A stretch of 40,890 bases of DNA from Deltaproteobacteria bacterium (GCA_019307805.1 JAFDIX010000001.1:1-40890), one strand, 5' to 3'. Counted from the stretch's first letter, positions 15,049 to 25,785 are shown. The notes: generated by a model from the sequence alone, not told the origin. Translations and numbers: made by a program.

Positions 15049-17523
15049 ATGGCAGACAAGGCAAAAATAGCTCTTCACAGGCGGGGAAGATCCCTCACAC
15101 AGGCCGATAGAGAAGGGACCGGAAGGTTTAAACGTCCAGGCCCCATGACCCGATGGTTTCTTGGTGATCGCCTGAAGTGGATTATCCTGCTCATTCTAAG
15201 TCCCACTATTGCTATCCTCCTGTTTCCCAATTTCCTCACCAAACCCGATGTCCACAGGATCGGGGATGTGGCTGAACGGGACATCAAGGCCTCACGGGAT
15301 TTCCTCCTGGAAAACAAGGCGCGGACGGAAAAGAACCGGGAGACGGCTGTAAAGGGGGTGCTGTCGGTATATGATTTTGACAGCACTTCACTGCAGGTGG
15401 TGCCACGCATTCGGGAGGCGTTTGACATAGGAAAGGAATACGTTGCCAATGCCTCCTATACCGCCAGCCCCGACAGGGCCTCTCCCCGGGCGGAAATGAA
15501 AGGCGCTGCGAAGGTCTCTAAGGATCTCGCTGCTGCGAGAGAGCGGTTTTTCGAGATACTTGAGATTCCACCCGACAGCCAGGCCTTTGAACAGCTTGTC
15601 CAAGCGGGGTTTCCCGCCGGCGTGGAGGATGCCTCCATTCAACTGGTCACACGGGTATTCAAACGGGGTGTGGTGGGAAACAGGCAGATGCTCAAGGCGC
15701 AAATGGAGAGGGGCGGCATCATCCTCCACGACATCAACACCAAGGAAGAGGTCAAGGCCGCCCGGTTTGACCGTTTTTTTGATCTGCAAGGTGCAAAGGA
15801 CTATATCCGCAATCAGAAAAAGGCCCTGAAAGAAACCTTGAAATCCCCTGAACTGGTCCCTATCTCGATGATTTTTGCCCAATCCCTCATCAAACCCAAC
15901 CTGACCTACAACCAGAGAGAAACGGAATCTCGAAAAGACCTCGCAAAGCGTTCCATAAAACCCACCTATTTCAGGATCAAGCGGGGGGAAATGCTTGTCC
16001 GGGAAGGTGAGCTCATCGGGCCGGAACACATTCTGAAACTCGCCGAGGAGACGCGATCCCAGAACCCTGTTGAAATGCTGGGTCGTGTACCTGCCATGGC
16101 CGTCATTATCGGCGTCCTCTTCCTGGTAATTTATATGGTGGGTTCCATAAGTATCAAATCTTTCAAAAATGACAGGCGGGATCTTCTCTTCAGCTCCCTG
16201 GCCCTATTGGGGATGTTTCTCTTTGTTTGGGCCTTCAAATTTGTAGCCGAGGAAGTTGCCAGGGGTTTTCCTCAGTTCACACAGGAGGTATTGCTCTTCA
16301 GCATGCCGATCGCCTTGGGGGCCATGCTCATCTCGGTCTTCCAGGGGGTAGGGGTGGCGGTTGCATTCTCCCTGGTCCTTTCCGTGCTCGCCTCTCTGAT
16401 TACAGGGGATCGGGTGGAATACTTCGTGTATTTCCTCATCAATAGCCTTGTGGCTGCCTATGGGGTGAGGAACTGCAGTGACCGAGGCATCTTGATCAAG
16501 ACCGGCCTCCTGGTGGGGCTGGTCAACATCGCGCTCAGCCTTTCCATCGTGATGGTCTACAGCCCGCGCTTTACTGCGGATGCCATAATTGCTCCCCTTG
16601 CCGGATTCGCGGGAGGAATATTGGCCGGGGTCATGACAACGGGTATTCTTCCCTTGATAGAGATGTCCTTCGGCTTCACGACCAATATCAAACTTCTGGA
16701 ACTTGCAAACCTTGACCAGCCCCTTCTGAGGGATTTCATGGTCCAGGCCCCGGGGACCTACCATCACAGCGTCATTACCAGTAATATGGTGGAGGCCACT
16801 GCCAAGGCGGTGGATGCCAATCCCCTCCTTGCAAAGGTAAGCGCCTATTATCACGACATCGGGAAAATGAAAAAACCCCTCTATTTCATAGAAAACCAGA
16901 GGCTGGGAGAAAACAGACATGAAAAGCTTGCCCCTTCCATGAGCAGTCTCATCCTGATTTCCCATGTCAAGGATGGCGTGGAACTTGCCAAGAAACACAA
17001 GCTGGGGAAAGAGATTATCGATATTATCCAACAGCACCATGGAAAGAGCGTGATCTCCTATTTCTTTCAGAAAGCAAAGGACCGGAAGCGTTCCAAGGGG
17101 GGAAAATCCATAGAGATCAAGGAGGAAGACTTTCGCTATCCGGGGCCAAAACCCCAGACCAAAGAGGCGGGGCTGGTAATGCTTGCAGACATGGTTGAGG
17201 CTGCAACAAGGTCTCTTGGGGACCCCACTCCCGCTCGCATCCAGGGACTGGTGCAAAAAATTATCAACAATGCCTTTTCCGACGGCCAACTGGATGAGTG
17301 TGAGCTCACCTTGAAGGACCTCCACGAGATAGCCAAGAGTTTTAACAAGACCCTAAGCGGCATTTTTCACCATCGCGTGGAATACCCGGAGATGGTTTCG
17401 AGGTCCGGAAGAAGGGCGCGAAATGGAAATACAGATCAGATCCAGCGGGACAATCTCGGCAAAAAAATATCCGACAATACGGAAGAGACTGAAGACGGTC
17501 TTAAACGACTTGGGCTGTCGTGA
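15049..17523 (+). CDS. 7TM receptor with intracellular HD hydrolase (YqfF/PgpH-like HDIG phosphohydrolase)
   Basis: It has a large N-terminal extracytoplasmic region, about 7 hydrophobic helices, and an HD domain (YHHSVITSNM, YYHDIGK, QQHHGKS). It occupies the conserved position between phoH and ybeY. Confidence 0.85.
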   Translation: MADKAKIALHRRGRSLTQADREGTGRFKRPGPMTRWFLGDRLKWIILLILSPTIAILLFPNFLTKPDVHRIGDVAERDIKASRDFLLENKARTEKNRETAVKGVLSVYDFDSTSLQVVPRIREAFDIGKEYVANASYTASPDRASPRAEMKGAAKVSKDLAAARERFFEILEIPPDSQAFEQLVQAGFPAGVEDASIQLVTRVFKRGVVGNRQMLKAQMERGGIILHDINTKEEVKAARFDRFFDLQGAKDYIRNQKKALKETLKSPELVPISMIFAQSLIKPNLTYNQRETESRKDLAKRSIKPTYFRIKRGEMLVREGELIGPEHILKLAEETRSQNPVEMLGRVPAMAVIIGVLFLVIYMVGSISIKSFKNDRRDLLFSSLALLGMFLFVWAFKFVAEEVARGFPQFTQEVLLFSMPIALGAMLISVFQGVGVAVAFSLVLSVLASLITGDRVEYFVYFLINSLVAAYGVRNCSDRGILIKTGLLVGLVNIALSLSIVMVYSPRFTADAIIAPLAGFAGGILAGVMTTGILPLIEMSFGFTTNIKLLELANLDQPLLRDFMVQAPGTYHHSVITSNMVEATAKAVDANPLLAKVSAYYHDIGKMKKPLYFIENQRLGENRHEKLAPSMSSLILISHVKDGVELAKKHKLGKEIIDIIQQHHGKSVISYFFQKAKDRKRSKGGKSIEIKEEDFRYPGPKPQTKEAGLVMLADMVEAATRSLGDPTPARIQGLVQKIINNAFSDGQLDECELTLKDLHEIAKSFNKTLSGIFHHRVEYPEMVSRSGRRARNGNTDQIQRDNLGKKISDNTEETEDGLKRLGLS

Positions 17524-17863
17524 GGGTGAGTTGAGCATCCTTTTCACCGACGATAAGGGGATCGCTGAATTAAACAGACGGTATCTCGGAAAAGAAGGCC
17601 CCACCAATGTGTTGGCCTTCCCCATGTCTCCGGGTCCCCCGTCGGATGTATCCACGGGTATGCTGGGGGATATTGTGATATCGGTCGAGAGGGCGGCCCG
17701 GGAGGCTGAGCAGTGGGGCGGGTCCCATGAGGATTGTATCTACCGCCTGCTCATCCACGGAATCCTGCACCTTCTGGATTATGATCACGAAAGATCCCCT
17801 GAAGAGGCCGGCAAAATGGAAAAGGAACAGGAACGCCTGATGTCCCTGATCAAGGAGGATTGA
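17423..17863 (+). CDS. ybeY: Endoribonuclease YbeY (rRNA maturation factor)
   Basis: [12 protein letters not shown] is the zinc motif and PTNVLAFP is conserved. About 36 aa precede ELSILFTDD, as in full-length YbeY, which supports the ATG at 17423. Confidence 0.9.
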   Translation: MEIQIRSSGTISAKKYPTIRKRLKTVLNDLGCREGELSILFTDDKGIAELNRRYLGKEGPTNVLAFPMSPGPPSDVSTGMLGDIVISVERAAREAEQWGGSHEDCIYRLLIHGILHLLDYDHERSPEEAGKMEKEQERLMSLIKED

Positions 17864-17867
17864 AACC

Positions 17868-18587
17868 ATGGCACGATTAGCCGTCAATGTGGATCATGTT
17901 GCTACCGTCCGGGAGGCAAGGGGTATTCAGGAACCGGACCCGGTACTGGCTGCAGGGATCGCTGAACTGGCAGGCGCGGATGGAATCATCTGTCATCTCA
18001 GGGAGGACAGGAGGCACATCAAGGACAGGGATTTGACACTGCTGCGCCAGGTAGTGAGGACCAGACTCAATATGGAGATGGCCGCAGTGGATGAGATGGT
18101 AGAAATCGCCCGGGAGGTGTGCCCCGATTTAGTTACCTTGGTTCCTGAGAAGAGAGAGGAACTGACTACCGAGGGTGGGCTGGATGTCAAATCAAACCCC
18201 CGACATTACGAAGAGGTGGTCGGGCGTCTGAGGGAAAAGGGAATCGAGGTCAGTTTTTTTTTAGATCCGGATCCCGACCAGATAGAGACGGCACACAGGA
18301 TAGGCGCCCAGATCGTGGAAATACACACGGGCCACTACTCGGAGGCCGCTTCGGAGATGGAGTTCGGTGAGCGATTCGAGCGCATTGTCAATGCAGCGAA
18401 AAGAACAGCGGACCTTGGTCTGGCAGTGAGTGCCGGGCACGGCCTCAATTACACAAACGTGAAAAGATTCAAGGCCCTGCCCCAGGTTGAAGAATACAGC
18501 ATTGGGCATAGTATTGTCTCCCGGGCTGTCTTGGTCGGTCTGGAACAGGCCGTGAAGGACATGATCGCCCTGGTCAAGGATCTGTAA
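17868..18587 (+). CDS. pdxJ: Pyridoxine 5'-phosphate synthase
   Basis: [19 protein letters not shown] and EIHTGHY over a ~240-aa length are typical of PdxJ. Confidence 0.95.
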   Translation: MARLAVNVDHVATVREARGIQEPDPVLAAGIAELAGADGIICHLREDRRHIKDRDLTLLRQVVRTRLNMEMAAVDEMVEIAREVCPDLVTLVPEKREELTTEGGLDVKSNPRHYEEVVGRLREKGIEVSFFLDPDPDQIETAHRIGAQIVEIHTGHYSEAASEMEFGERFERIVNAAKRTADLGLAVSAGHGLNYTNVKRFKALPQVEEYSIGHSIVSRAVLVGLEQAVKDMIALVKDL

Positions 18588-18649
18588 ATAAGATACTTGT
18601 TAGGGCGCCATTGTTCCCGGGGGCCTGAGGTTTGCCGGAGGCGGAGCCA

Positions 18650-19033
18650 GTGATTTACGGCATAGGGATTGACCTCGTTCGTGTGGGCCGCATAGAAGAA
18701 GTCCTCAAGCGATGGAGAGATCGGTTCATCCAACGGGTGTTTACGGAGGAGGAGGCTCGGGAGTGTCTCGGAAGGGCCTTGCCGGCCCCTTCCTTTGCGT
18801 TGCGTTTTGCAGCCAAGGAGGCATTTTCCAAGGCCGTTGGTCTTGGCATGCGAAAGGGCATGCGCTGGAGGGATATTGAAGTGTTTCATTACCCGGGGGG
18901 CAAACCCGGGCTAAAACTCCATGGGAGATCCTTGGAGATCTGTCATGAAAAAGAGATAATCGGATGTCATCTCAGCCTTTCCGATGAAGGAGACTATGGC
19001 GCAGCCGTAGTGGTTTTGGAGAAAAAAGAATGA
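18650..19033 (+). CDS. acpS: Holo-[acyl-carrier-protein] synthase
   Basis: IYGIGIDLVRVGRIE, FAAKEAFSKA and GGKPGLKLHG are present. GGAGG (18636-18640) lies 9 nt before the GTG at 18650, so I prefer this start to the listed TTG at 18632. Confidence 0.9.
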   Translation: MIYGIGIDLVRVGRIEEVLKRWRDRFIQRVFTEEEARECLGRALPAPSFALRFAAKEAFSKAVGLGMRKGMRWRDIEVFHYPGGKPGLKLHGRSLEICHEKEIIGCHLSLSDEGDYGAAVVVLEKKE

Positions 19034-20634
19034 GACTCGTCAAGGCCGCTGAAATGCAGGAGATGGATCGATTAACCATCCAGGAACTGGGAATACCCGG
19101 GATGGTTTTGATGGAAAACGCCGGCAGGGGAGCGACAAGATTTTTTCTGGAACACTTCGATCCTTCTGAAGATTCCCATGTAGTCATCCTCTGCGGCAGG
19201 GGTAATAACGGAGGGGATGGATATGTTATTGCCCGATATCTCCACGAGGCCGGATTGCAGGTGACCATCCTGGTGCTCGCCCCGCTGGAAAAGATTTCCG
19301 GGGATGCGCTCGCGAACCTCAATATCGCCAGGGGAATGGATCTGGAAATAGTGGAGGTTCCCACCCGGGAAGCGTGGCAAGGGTACGCCGCCATGCTCAA
19401 CGAATGTGATTTCATCATCGACGGCATTCTTGGAACGGGCCTGAGTTCTGAGGTCACGGGTTTCTATGGGCAGGTCATAGATGGGATCAATGCGGTCGGC
19501 AGGCCCGTGATGGCCATTGACATCCCCTCCGGGCTCAATGCAGATACCGGTGAGGTCATGGGCGTCGCCGTTGTGGCTGACCTGACCGTTACCTTCGGGT
19601 TTCCCAAGTTGGGCCAGGTTATTTTCCCTGGATTGGAATATGTGGGGAGGCTTGTCAGAATTGATATAGGCATCCCGGACCATATGGCCGGGGCCGTAAG
19701 GGCCCGGTACAGAATGACTGTGCCGGATGACTTCGTGGATCTCCTTCGCTATGAAAAACAGGATGTCCACAAGGGGACCCGGGGGCATCTCCTCATCCTG
19801 GCCGGATCGTCGGGCAAAACCGGAGCCGCGACTCTGACAGCACTGGCCGCCATCCGGGCGGGTGCAGGTCTGGTCACCGTGGGTATTCCGAGAAGCCTCA
19901 ATACCATCCTCGAGTGCAAACTTACAGAGGCCATGACGGTTCCTCTGCCGGAGACCCCCCAGGGGAGTCTGTCCCTGGAGGCCGAGGACGAAATTTTCAA
20001 TCTCATGGATGGGAAGACAGCCCTCGCTATCGGTCCCGGGCTTTCCACCAATGAAGAGACAACGGCCCTGGTGAGAAAAATCGTCGGAAGCAACCGTCTC
20101 CCCGCGGTCATTGATGCGGATGGTCTCAATGCCATCGCCCCGGAATTGGAACTCTTAGAGGATACCGGGGAAAAGACGGTCCTGACTCCCCACCCGGGGG
20201 AGATGGGACGGTTGACCGGAATGAAGGGCTCGGAGGTGCAGGCAAAGAGGGTGGACACGGCCGCCCGATTCGTGGATGCCCATGGGTGTCACCTGGTCCT
20301 TAAGGGTGCCCGCACCCTGATAGGCGGGCCAAATGGGGATATGTTTGTGAATCCAACGGGCAACCCGGTCCTTGCCGGCGGAGGAACCGGGGATGTGCTC
20401 ACCGGTTTGATTGGAGGATTCCTTGCAAGGGGATGGCCCATGACACAGGCGTCTGTGGCGGGTGTTTATTTGCATGGACTGGCAGGGGATCTTCTTGCCG
20501 AAGAGGGGGGACCGACTGGAATACTGGCCGGTGAACTCCTTGAAGTGCTGCCGGAGCTCATATCAGACTTGTGCCGGGAAGAATGGCCAATGGCATCTCT
20601 GCCTCCCCATGCAGACTTCTACCATTTCCTGTAG
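19030..20634 (+). CDS. nnr: Bifunctional NAD(P)H-hydrate epimerase / ADP-dependent dehydratase (YjeF/Nnr)
   Basis: The N-terminal YjeF_N domain shows CGRGNNGGDGYV. The C-terminal carbohydrate-kinase-like domain shows HKGTRGHLLILAGS and GGTGDVLTG. An ATGA overlap joins it to acpS. Confidence 0.9.
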   Translation: MRLVKAAEMQEMDRLTIQELGIPGMVLMENAGRGATRFFLEHFDPSEDSHVVILCGRGNNGGDGYVIARYLHEAGLQVTILVLAPLEKISGDALANLNIARGMDLEIVEVPTREAWQGYAAMLNECDFIIDGILGTGLSSEVTGFYGQVIDGINAVGRPVMAIDIPSGLNADTGEVMGVAVVADLTVTFGFPKLGQVIFPGLEYVGRLVRIDIGIPDHMAGAVRARYRMTVPDDFVDLLRYEKQDVHKGTRGHLLILAGSSGKTGAATLTALAAIRAGAGLVTVGIPRSLNTILECKLTEAMTVPLPETPQGSLSLEAEDEIFNLMDGKTALAIGPGLSTNEETTALVRKIVGSNRLPAVIDADGLNAIAPELELLEDTGEKTVLTPHPGEMGRLTGMKGSEVQAKRVDTAARFVDAHGCHLVLKGARTLIGGPNGDMFVNPTGNPVLAGGGTGDVLTGLIGGFLARGWPMTQASVAGVYLHGLAGDLLAEEGGPTGILAGELLEVLPELISDLCREEWPMASLPPHADFYHFL

Positions 20635-20733
20635 AGCACATTAAGACTGGCGGCCTTGGGGCGATGTGAGCGGTTCAACCGGATGGTGGAATGAGAAGTC
20701 GGGGCCTACCAGTCCCCCGGGAATGACGGCTAT

Positions 20734-21213
20734 TTGGAAAGAAGATATCTGCATATCGAAACAGACTCGGATGAAGAGACGATTGCGCTGGGCCGAAGGC
20801 TGGGGGTAACCCTGGATGCAGGTGATGTGGTCGCCCTGATTGGGGAGTTGGGAAGCGGTAAAACATGGTTCACAAAAGGAATCGCCCTTGGCCTGGGTGT
20901 CGGAGCGCAGGAAATTATCACGAGCCCTACTTTTACCCTGATCAATGAATACCCGGGAAGGGTTCCCCTTTACCACATTGATCTCTACCGGCTTGGGAGC
21001 CTTTCAGAGGTCCTGTCGGCAGGAATGGAGGAATACCTTTATGCCGACGGCGTGGCTGTGGTGGAATGGGCGGATCGATGGCCGGAAATACTCCCCGGGC
21101 AGAGCGTGGTTGTGGAACTGACGATCATTGACGACCACAACCGGCGCATTACCCTGTCAGGCCATCACCCCAGGGCGGTTGAAATTATCGGGGCGTTGGA
21201 AGACACAGGATAA
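20734..21213 (+). CDS. tsaE: tRNA t6A biosynthesis ATPase TsaE (YjeE)
   Basis: The P-loop is GELGSGKTWFTKG, and SPTFTLINEY...YHIDLYRL follows. The start codon is TTG. Confidence 0.9.
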   Translation: MERRYLHIETDSDEETIALGRRLGVTLDAGDVVALIGELGSGKTWFTKGIALGLGVGAQEIITSPTFTLINEYPGRVPLYHIDLYRLGSLSEVLSAGMEEYLYADGVAVVEWADRWPEILPGQSVVVELTIIDDHNRRITLSGHHPRAVEIIGALEDTG

Positions 21214-21271
21214 TAGTGGCCCGTATCTTAATTTACTGGACCAATACAGCCAACGATTGATACAAACGGCG

Positions 21272-21344
21272 CAAGGCATACGGCGCACGGCGTAAGGGGG
21301 AGGAACATGATACGGTCCTCTTCCACCTTGAGCCGTATGCCTTG
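21272..21344. repeat. Long imperfect hairpin / REP-like element between tsaE and lysC
   Basis: CAAGGCATACGGC (21272-21284) is perfectly complementary to GCCGTATGCCTTG (21332-21344). An inner imperfect stem pairs AAGGgGGAgGA with TCtTCCaCCTT. Confidence 0.4.
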
Positions 21345-21427
21345 AGCCTTTCGCCATAGCAACCGATGGCTTACGCGTTTTCATCCAGGAATTTACGATA
21401 CTCAGCACTGGTGACAAAGGAACGATA

Positions 21428-22660
21428 ATGGCCATAGTCGTACAAAAATACGGTGGGACTTCGGTAGGTAGTCTGGAGAAGATCAGAAATGCGGCAGAGC
21501 GGGTGATCCAATCCCATGAAAAGGGGAACCAAGTGGTTGTCGTTTTGTCTGCCATGGCGGGTCAGACAGATGATCTGATTCGAATGGCACATGAGATTAC
21601 ACCGGAGCCCGAACCCCGGGAATTGGATGTTCTCATGTCTACAGGAGAACAGGTCAGTGTGGCTCTTTTCGCCATGACCGTCCAATCCATGGGATACGAA
21701 GCCCATTCCCTTCTGGGGTTTCAAGTGGGCATTCTTACGGACAGGCTCTACGGCAAGGCGCGGATACACGAGGTGAATCCCACACGCCTTTTGAATGGGT
21801 TGGACAAGGGCAGAATCCTGGTTGTCGCCGGATTTCAGGGAACGGATGAATCGGGGAACATCACCACACTGGGCCGGGGGGGATCTGATACCACAGCGGT
21901 GGCCATTGCTGCTGCACTCGGTGCTGATGTATGCGAGATTTTCACAGACGTGGACGGGGTATATACGACAGATCCAAATATCTGTCCCAAGGCAAAAAAA
22001 TTGGAATTCATCTCCTACGACGAGATGCTTGAAATGTCCAGCATGGGTGCCAAGGTCTTGGAGATAAGATCTGTGGAGTTTGCCAAGAAGTTCAATGTTC
22101 CCATCCATGTGCGATCAACTTTCAACAAAGAGAGGGGAACCATGGTGGTGGCAGAGACAAAGGATATGGAGAAGGTGGTGGTCTCGGGAGTGGCCTATAA
22201 CAAAAATGAGGCCAGGGTTACCATCACAAAGGTCCCGGATCGGCCCGGGGTCGCCGGACAAATTTTCGAACCCGTCTTCAGAGCCGGCATTATTGTTGAC
22301 ATGATTGTCCAGAATACGAGCGATGAGGGAAGGACAGACCTCACATTCACGGTTCCGAAAACGGATTTTCTGAAGACCATGAAGCTCGTCAGCGACGTGG
22401 CCCAGAAAATCGGCGCCGAAAAGGTCCTGGGGGACGAGGATATCGCCAAGGTGTCTATTGTTGGTGTGGGTATGCGGAGCCATGCCGGTGTTGCCCAGAA
22501 GATGTTTAAGGCCCTGGCGAATGAAACCATCAATATCATGATGATCAGCACTTCAGAGATAAAGGTATCGGTTGTCATAGAGGAGAAATATACGGAGCTG
22601 GCCGTTCGGGTGCTGCACGAGGTCTTTGGATTGGAAGATGGGGAACAGGGAGAATCATGA
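21428..22660 (+). CDS. lysC: Aspartate kinase (with C-terminal ACT domains)
   Basis: [29 protein letters not shown] and [11 protein letters not shown] are present, followed by two ACT-like repeats. Confidence 0.95.
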   Translation: MAIVVQKYGGTSVGSLEKIRNAAERVIQSHEKGNQVVVVLSAMAGQTDDLIRMAHEITPEPEPRELDVLMSTGEQVSVALFAMTVQSMGYEAHSLLGFQVGILTDRLYGKARIHEVNPTRLLNGLDKGRILVVAGFQGTDESGNITTLGRGGSDTTAVAIAAALGADVCEIFTDVDGVYTTDPNICPKAKKLEFISYDEMLEMSSMGAKVLEIRSVEFAKKFNVPIHVRSTFNKERGTMVVAETKDMEKVVVSGVAYNKNEARVTITKVPDRPGVAGQIFEPVFRAGIIVDMIVQNTSDEGRTDLTFTVPKTDFLKTMKLVSDVAQKIGAEKVLGDEDIAKVSIVGVGMRSHAGVAQKMFKALANETINIMMISTSEIKVSVVIEEKYTELAVRVLHEVFGLEDGEQGES

Positions 22661-23195
22661 TCGACCAACGGGGTATCTGGGCCTTTTTCTCATGGTCCTG
22701 GTGCTGCATGGTTTGGCCGGCACCGTCCATCATGCTGACCTGAAGCCATCCACGGACCGGGGGAGCACCCTTGTACAGGCAGAAGGAGATGTGCGCTTTG
22801 CCGGAGTTTATGCCTTTAGGGCATCACCCGGTTTGAAGGAACTTGTAGAAAGGGCAGGAGGATTTAAGGGAAAAGAAGGTCGAATGGCAGACCGGCAGGA
22901 TACCGTCTTGCACTCCGGGGAAAGGGTGTTTTTTCGAAACCAGGGTGGGTTGACCGCCTATACCCTGGGAGAGATGTCCGCTTTTTATAAAGTCACCCTT
23001 GGGATACCCGTTTCTTTGAATCGCGAAACAGAGACGGGGCTTACCGCGCTGCCCGGGGTGGGCCCGGTTTTGGCACGGGCCATTATCAGGGAGAGGTCCA
23101 GGCGGGGCGGCTTTTCAAGGCTGGAAGATGTTGTGGCCGTGAAAGGGGTAGGTCCCCGGCTTTTCAGAAAAATAGCACCCATGTTGCAGTTATGA
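22638..23195 (+). CDS. comEA: ComEA-family helix-hairpin-helix DNA-binding protein
   Basis: An N-terminal hydrophobic anchor is followed by an SLBB-like middle region. The C-terminal tandem HhH shows [13 protein letters not shown] and [12 protein letters not shown]. The start is ambiguous (ATG 22638 or TTG 22626), and the gene overlaps the end of lysC. Confidence 0.8.
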   Translation: MGNRENHDRPTGYLGLFLMVLVLHGLAGTVHHADLKPSTDRGSTLVQAEGDVRFAGVYAFRASPGLKELVERAGGFKGKEGRMADRQDTVLHSGERVFFRNQGGLTAYTLGEMSAFYKVTLGIPVSLNRETETGLTALPGVGPVLARAIIRERSRRGGFSRLEDVVAVKGVGPRLFRKIAPMLQL

Positions 23196-23208
23196 GGGAT
23201 CGATTGTT

Positions 23209-25785
23209 ATGAAGATGAAAAAAACCATACCTGATTGGCTCATCGGCATCCTGGTTACCCTCGTCTTTCTGTTCATCACTCTCACCGGGCAATTCGACTT
23301 TACCAATGCCATCGAGATGAAGACCTTTGATTTTCGGGCCAGACTTGCCGCACCCGCAGAGCGAAATCCAGACATCGAACTGGTGGTGATTACTGATGAT
23401 GATCTCTCTGAGCTTGGCCGTTTCCCCTGGCCCCGGGATATTATGGCCAAGGGAATCCAGAACCTTTCTCTGGCTGGAGCAAGGGTCATAGCACTCAACA
23501 TACTCTTCCCGGAGCCCGAAGAGAGTGCAGGTCTTGAAACCGTTAAGCATCTGAAGGAGGACTTTCAAAAATTGAACCTGGCCCAGGAAGGTCCGGGCCT
23601 CACCTTTTTACATAGCCTGTCTACGGCAGTGACTGAACTGGATAATGATGCGAAGCTTTATGCATCCATGAAAGAGGCGGGAAATGTGGTCCTTCCCATC
23701 TACTTTGATGTCACCACCAGTGGCAGGGATAAACGGGCACCGGATTTCATCGCAGGCAACTCATTCAAACACATCAAGGGGGGTGAGGATGAATGGAATG
23801 TGAGCAGTCTGTTTTGGATGTCCAACTTGAAACCCCTGCTTCCTGCTTTTGCTGAAGTCGCAGCCGGGGTAGGTCATATCAATCTCTTTCCTGATGAGGA
23901 CGGATCCATCCGAAATCAGGTGCACGTCCTTGGGTATCTGGATGATATTTATTTTCCCTCCTTCGCCATATCCATCGTCAAGGCCTTCAAAGGCCTCAAG
24001 GATGAGGATATCACCGTATCACTCGGCAGGGGGATATATTTGCGTAACAGTCCCTCATCGACCACAGAGATCCCCGTGATTGACGGGCAGATGAGGACCC
24101 TCATTGAATGGAATGAGGGCCCTCAAGTGGCCTTTCATCGGACACCCTTTTCAAAGGTCTATAAAAACGAGATTCAAACGAGTCTTTTTCGTGACAAGAT
24201 CGTCGTTATCGGACCCACTGCCCCGGGCATCGGTGATCGATTCGTAACGCCTATTTCCGGCCATCTCCCGGGCGTCGAGCTCATCGCAAACTCGGTGGCC
24301 AATATTCTCAACCAGCGGTTCTTTAAAAGACCGGATTGGATCCCTCTGCTGGAACTTGGATTACTCATCCTCTTCGGAATCTTTATCAGCTTTGTCCTTC
24401 CGAGAATGAGGGCAGGCACGGGGGCCATTACCACTCTGGTTCTGTTCCTCGCCTTTGGCGTGGTCGGAACAGGCCTGTTTTTCATGTATCATGTTTGGCT
24501 GAAGATCACGCCTGTCCTGCTCCTTATCATTGTCGGATACATTCTCATTATCTCAAAAAAATTCTTCATTACCGAGAAGGGAAAGGAAAAGGTGGAGGCG
24601 GATTCCGTTGAAACCAATAAGATGCTCGGCCTTTCCTTTCAGCAGCAGGGCATGCTGGATCTGGCACTGGAAAAGTTCACCAGGCTGCCCCTTGAGGAGG
24701 AGGGGGTCAAGGATCTTCTCTATAACCTTGGGCTGGATTTTGAGAGAAAACGGCAGTTTTCCAAGGCATTGGGCACATATCACAGGATCATCGAGGGCGG
24801 GGATAATTTCAAGGATCTGGACGACAGGATTCCCAAACTCAAGGGGGCCGAGGCCACCATGATCTTCGGCAGTGGGGGAGGCGGTCATCCCGGGGACATC
24901 GGGGCCACACTGGCTGACATGGACACAAAGCCCACACTCGGGAGGTATGAGGTGCTTGGAGAACTGGGCAGGGGCGCCATGGGTGTTGTCTACAAAGGGA
25001 CAGACCCGAAGATCCACCGTACCGTTGCCATCAAGACTGTCAGGCTATCGGATTTTGACGAGGATGTCGTGGACGACATGAAGGAGCGGTTCTTTCGTGA
25101 AGCCGAATCCGCCGGTGTTCTTACCCATCCCAACATCGTCACGATTTATGATTGCGGGGAAGAGCACGACCTCGCCTACATTGCCATGGAGTACCTGGAC
25201 GGCGAGGATCTGGAAGGATATACCCAGAAAGAGAACATCATGCCGCTTCGGGAAACCCTTTCGACGGTTTTGCAAGTGGCCGAAGCACTCGACTTCGCCC
25301 ACGGCAAGGGTATTGTCCACCGGGACATCAAACCGGCCAATATCATGCGCATCAAGGAAACCAAAGAGGTCAAGGTGACGGATTTCGGCATCGCCCGAAT
25401 CACCTCCTCCTCAAAAACCAAGACCGGGGTCATTATGGGGACACCGTCCTACATGTCTCCGGAGCAGATTGCGGGGCAAAAGGTAGACGGTCGTTCGGAT
25501 ATTTTCTCACTCGGAGTGGTACTTTTTGAGTTTCTTTCCGGGACAAAGCCCTTTTCAGCGGATGACATTGCCTCTATGATGTACAAGATCTCAAAGGAAA
25601 AACATCCTTCGGTCAGATCGGTCAATCCCAAGGTTCCCCAGGTACTGGATAAAATTATTGACAAGGCCCTCACCAAGGAGCTGTCAAAAAGGTATCAAAA
25701 GGCAGGGCAGATGGCGGAGCACCTCAAGGCGGTGATTCAGCGGATTGACGAGATCAAGGCAAAAAAAGAGGCCCCAAAAAAATAA
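23209..25785 (+). CDS. CHASE2 sensor domain-containing Hanks-type Ser/Thr protein kinase
   Basis: An N-terminal TM segment precedes a ~350-aa extracytoplasmic CHASE2-like region, followed by 3-4 TM helices. The C-terminal kinase shows GRGAMGVVYKG, VAIK, HRDIKPANIM, DFGIAR and GTPSYMSPEQ. Confidence 0.9.
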   Translation: MKMKKTIPDWLIGILVTLVFLFITLTGQFDFTNAIEMKTFDFRARLAAPAERNPDIELVVITDDDLSELGRFPWPRDIMAKGIQNLSLAGARVIALNILFPEPEESAGLETVKHLKEDFQKLNLAQEGPGLTFLHSLSTAVTELDNDAKLYASMKEAGNVVLPIYFDVTTSGRDKRAPDFIAGNSFKHIKGGEDEWNVSSLFWMSNLKPLLPAFAEVAAGVGHINLFPDEDGSIRNQVHVLGYLDDIYFPSFAISIVKAFKGLKDEDITVSLGRGIYLRNSPSSTTEIPVIDGQMRTLIEWNEGPQVAFHRTPFSKVYKNEIQTSLFRDKIVVIGPTAPGIGDRFVTPISGHLPGVELIANSVANILNQRFFKRPDWIPLLELGLLILFGIFISFVLPRMRAGTGAITTLVLFLAFGVVGTGLFFMYHVWLKITPVLLLIIVGYILIISKKFFITEKGKEKVEADSVETNKMLGLSFQQQGMLDLALEKFTRLPLEEEGVKDLLYNLGLDFERKRQFSKALGTYHRIIEGGDNFKDLDDRIPKLKGAEATMIFGSGGGGHPGDIGATLADMDTKPTLGRYEVLGELGRGAMGVVYKGTDPKIHRTVAIKTVRLSDFDEDVVDDMKERFFREAESAGVLTHPNIVTIYDCGEEHDLAYIAMEYLDGEDLEGYTQKENIMPLRETLSTVLQVAEALDFAHGKGIVHRDIKPANIMRIKETKEVKVTDFGIARITSSSKTKTGVIMGTPSYMSPEQIAGQKVDGRSDIFSLGVVLFEFLSGTKPFSADDIASMMYKISKEKHPSVRSVNPKVPQVLDKIIDKALTKELSKRYQKAGQMAEHLKAVIQRIDEIKAKKEAPKK

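Noticed and set aside
16204-17325. Long antisense ORFs opposite well-supported genes: 16204..17325, 32056..33033, 33645..34535, 39798..40790, 820..1599, 21371..22108, 15388..16029, 8151..9047 and 11599..12342.
   Set aside because: Each lies entirely or mostly opposite a gene with unambiguous family motifs. Their translations are low-complexity (rich in G, R, P and H) with no recognisable motifs. They are typical shadow ORFs in moderately GC-rich DNA.
20641-20976. Minus-strand ORF 20641..20976 between nnr and tsaE.
   Set aside because: It overlaps the well-supported tsaE N-terminus (P-loop region) on the opposite strand and has no motif of its own.
21214-21427. Lysine riboswitch (L-box) upstream of lysC.
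   Set aside because: None of the conserved L-box strings I remember (AGAGGCGC, CCGAAG, CTGGG...GTCA core) are present. Only a generic long hairpin is seen.
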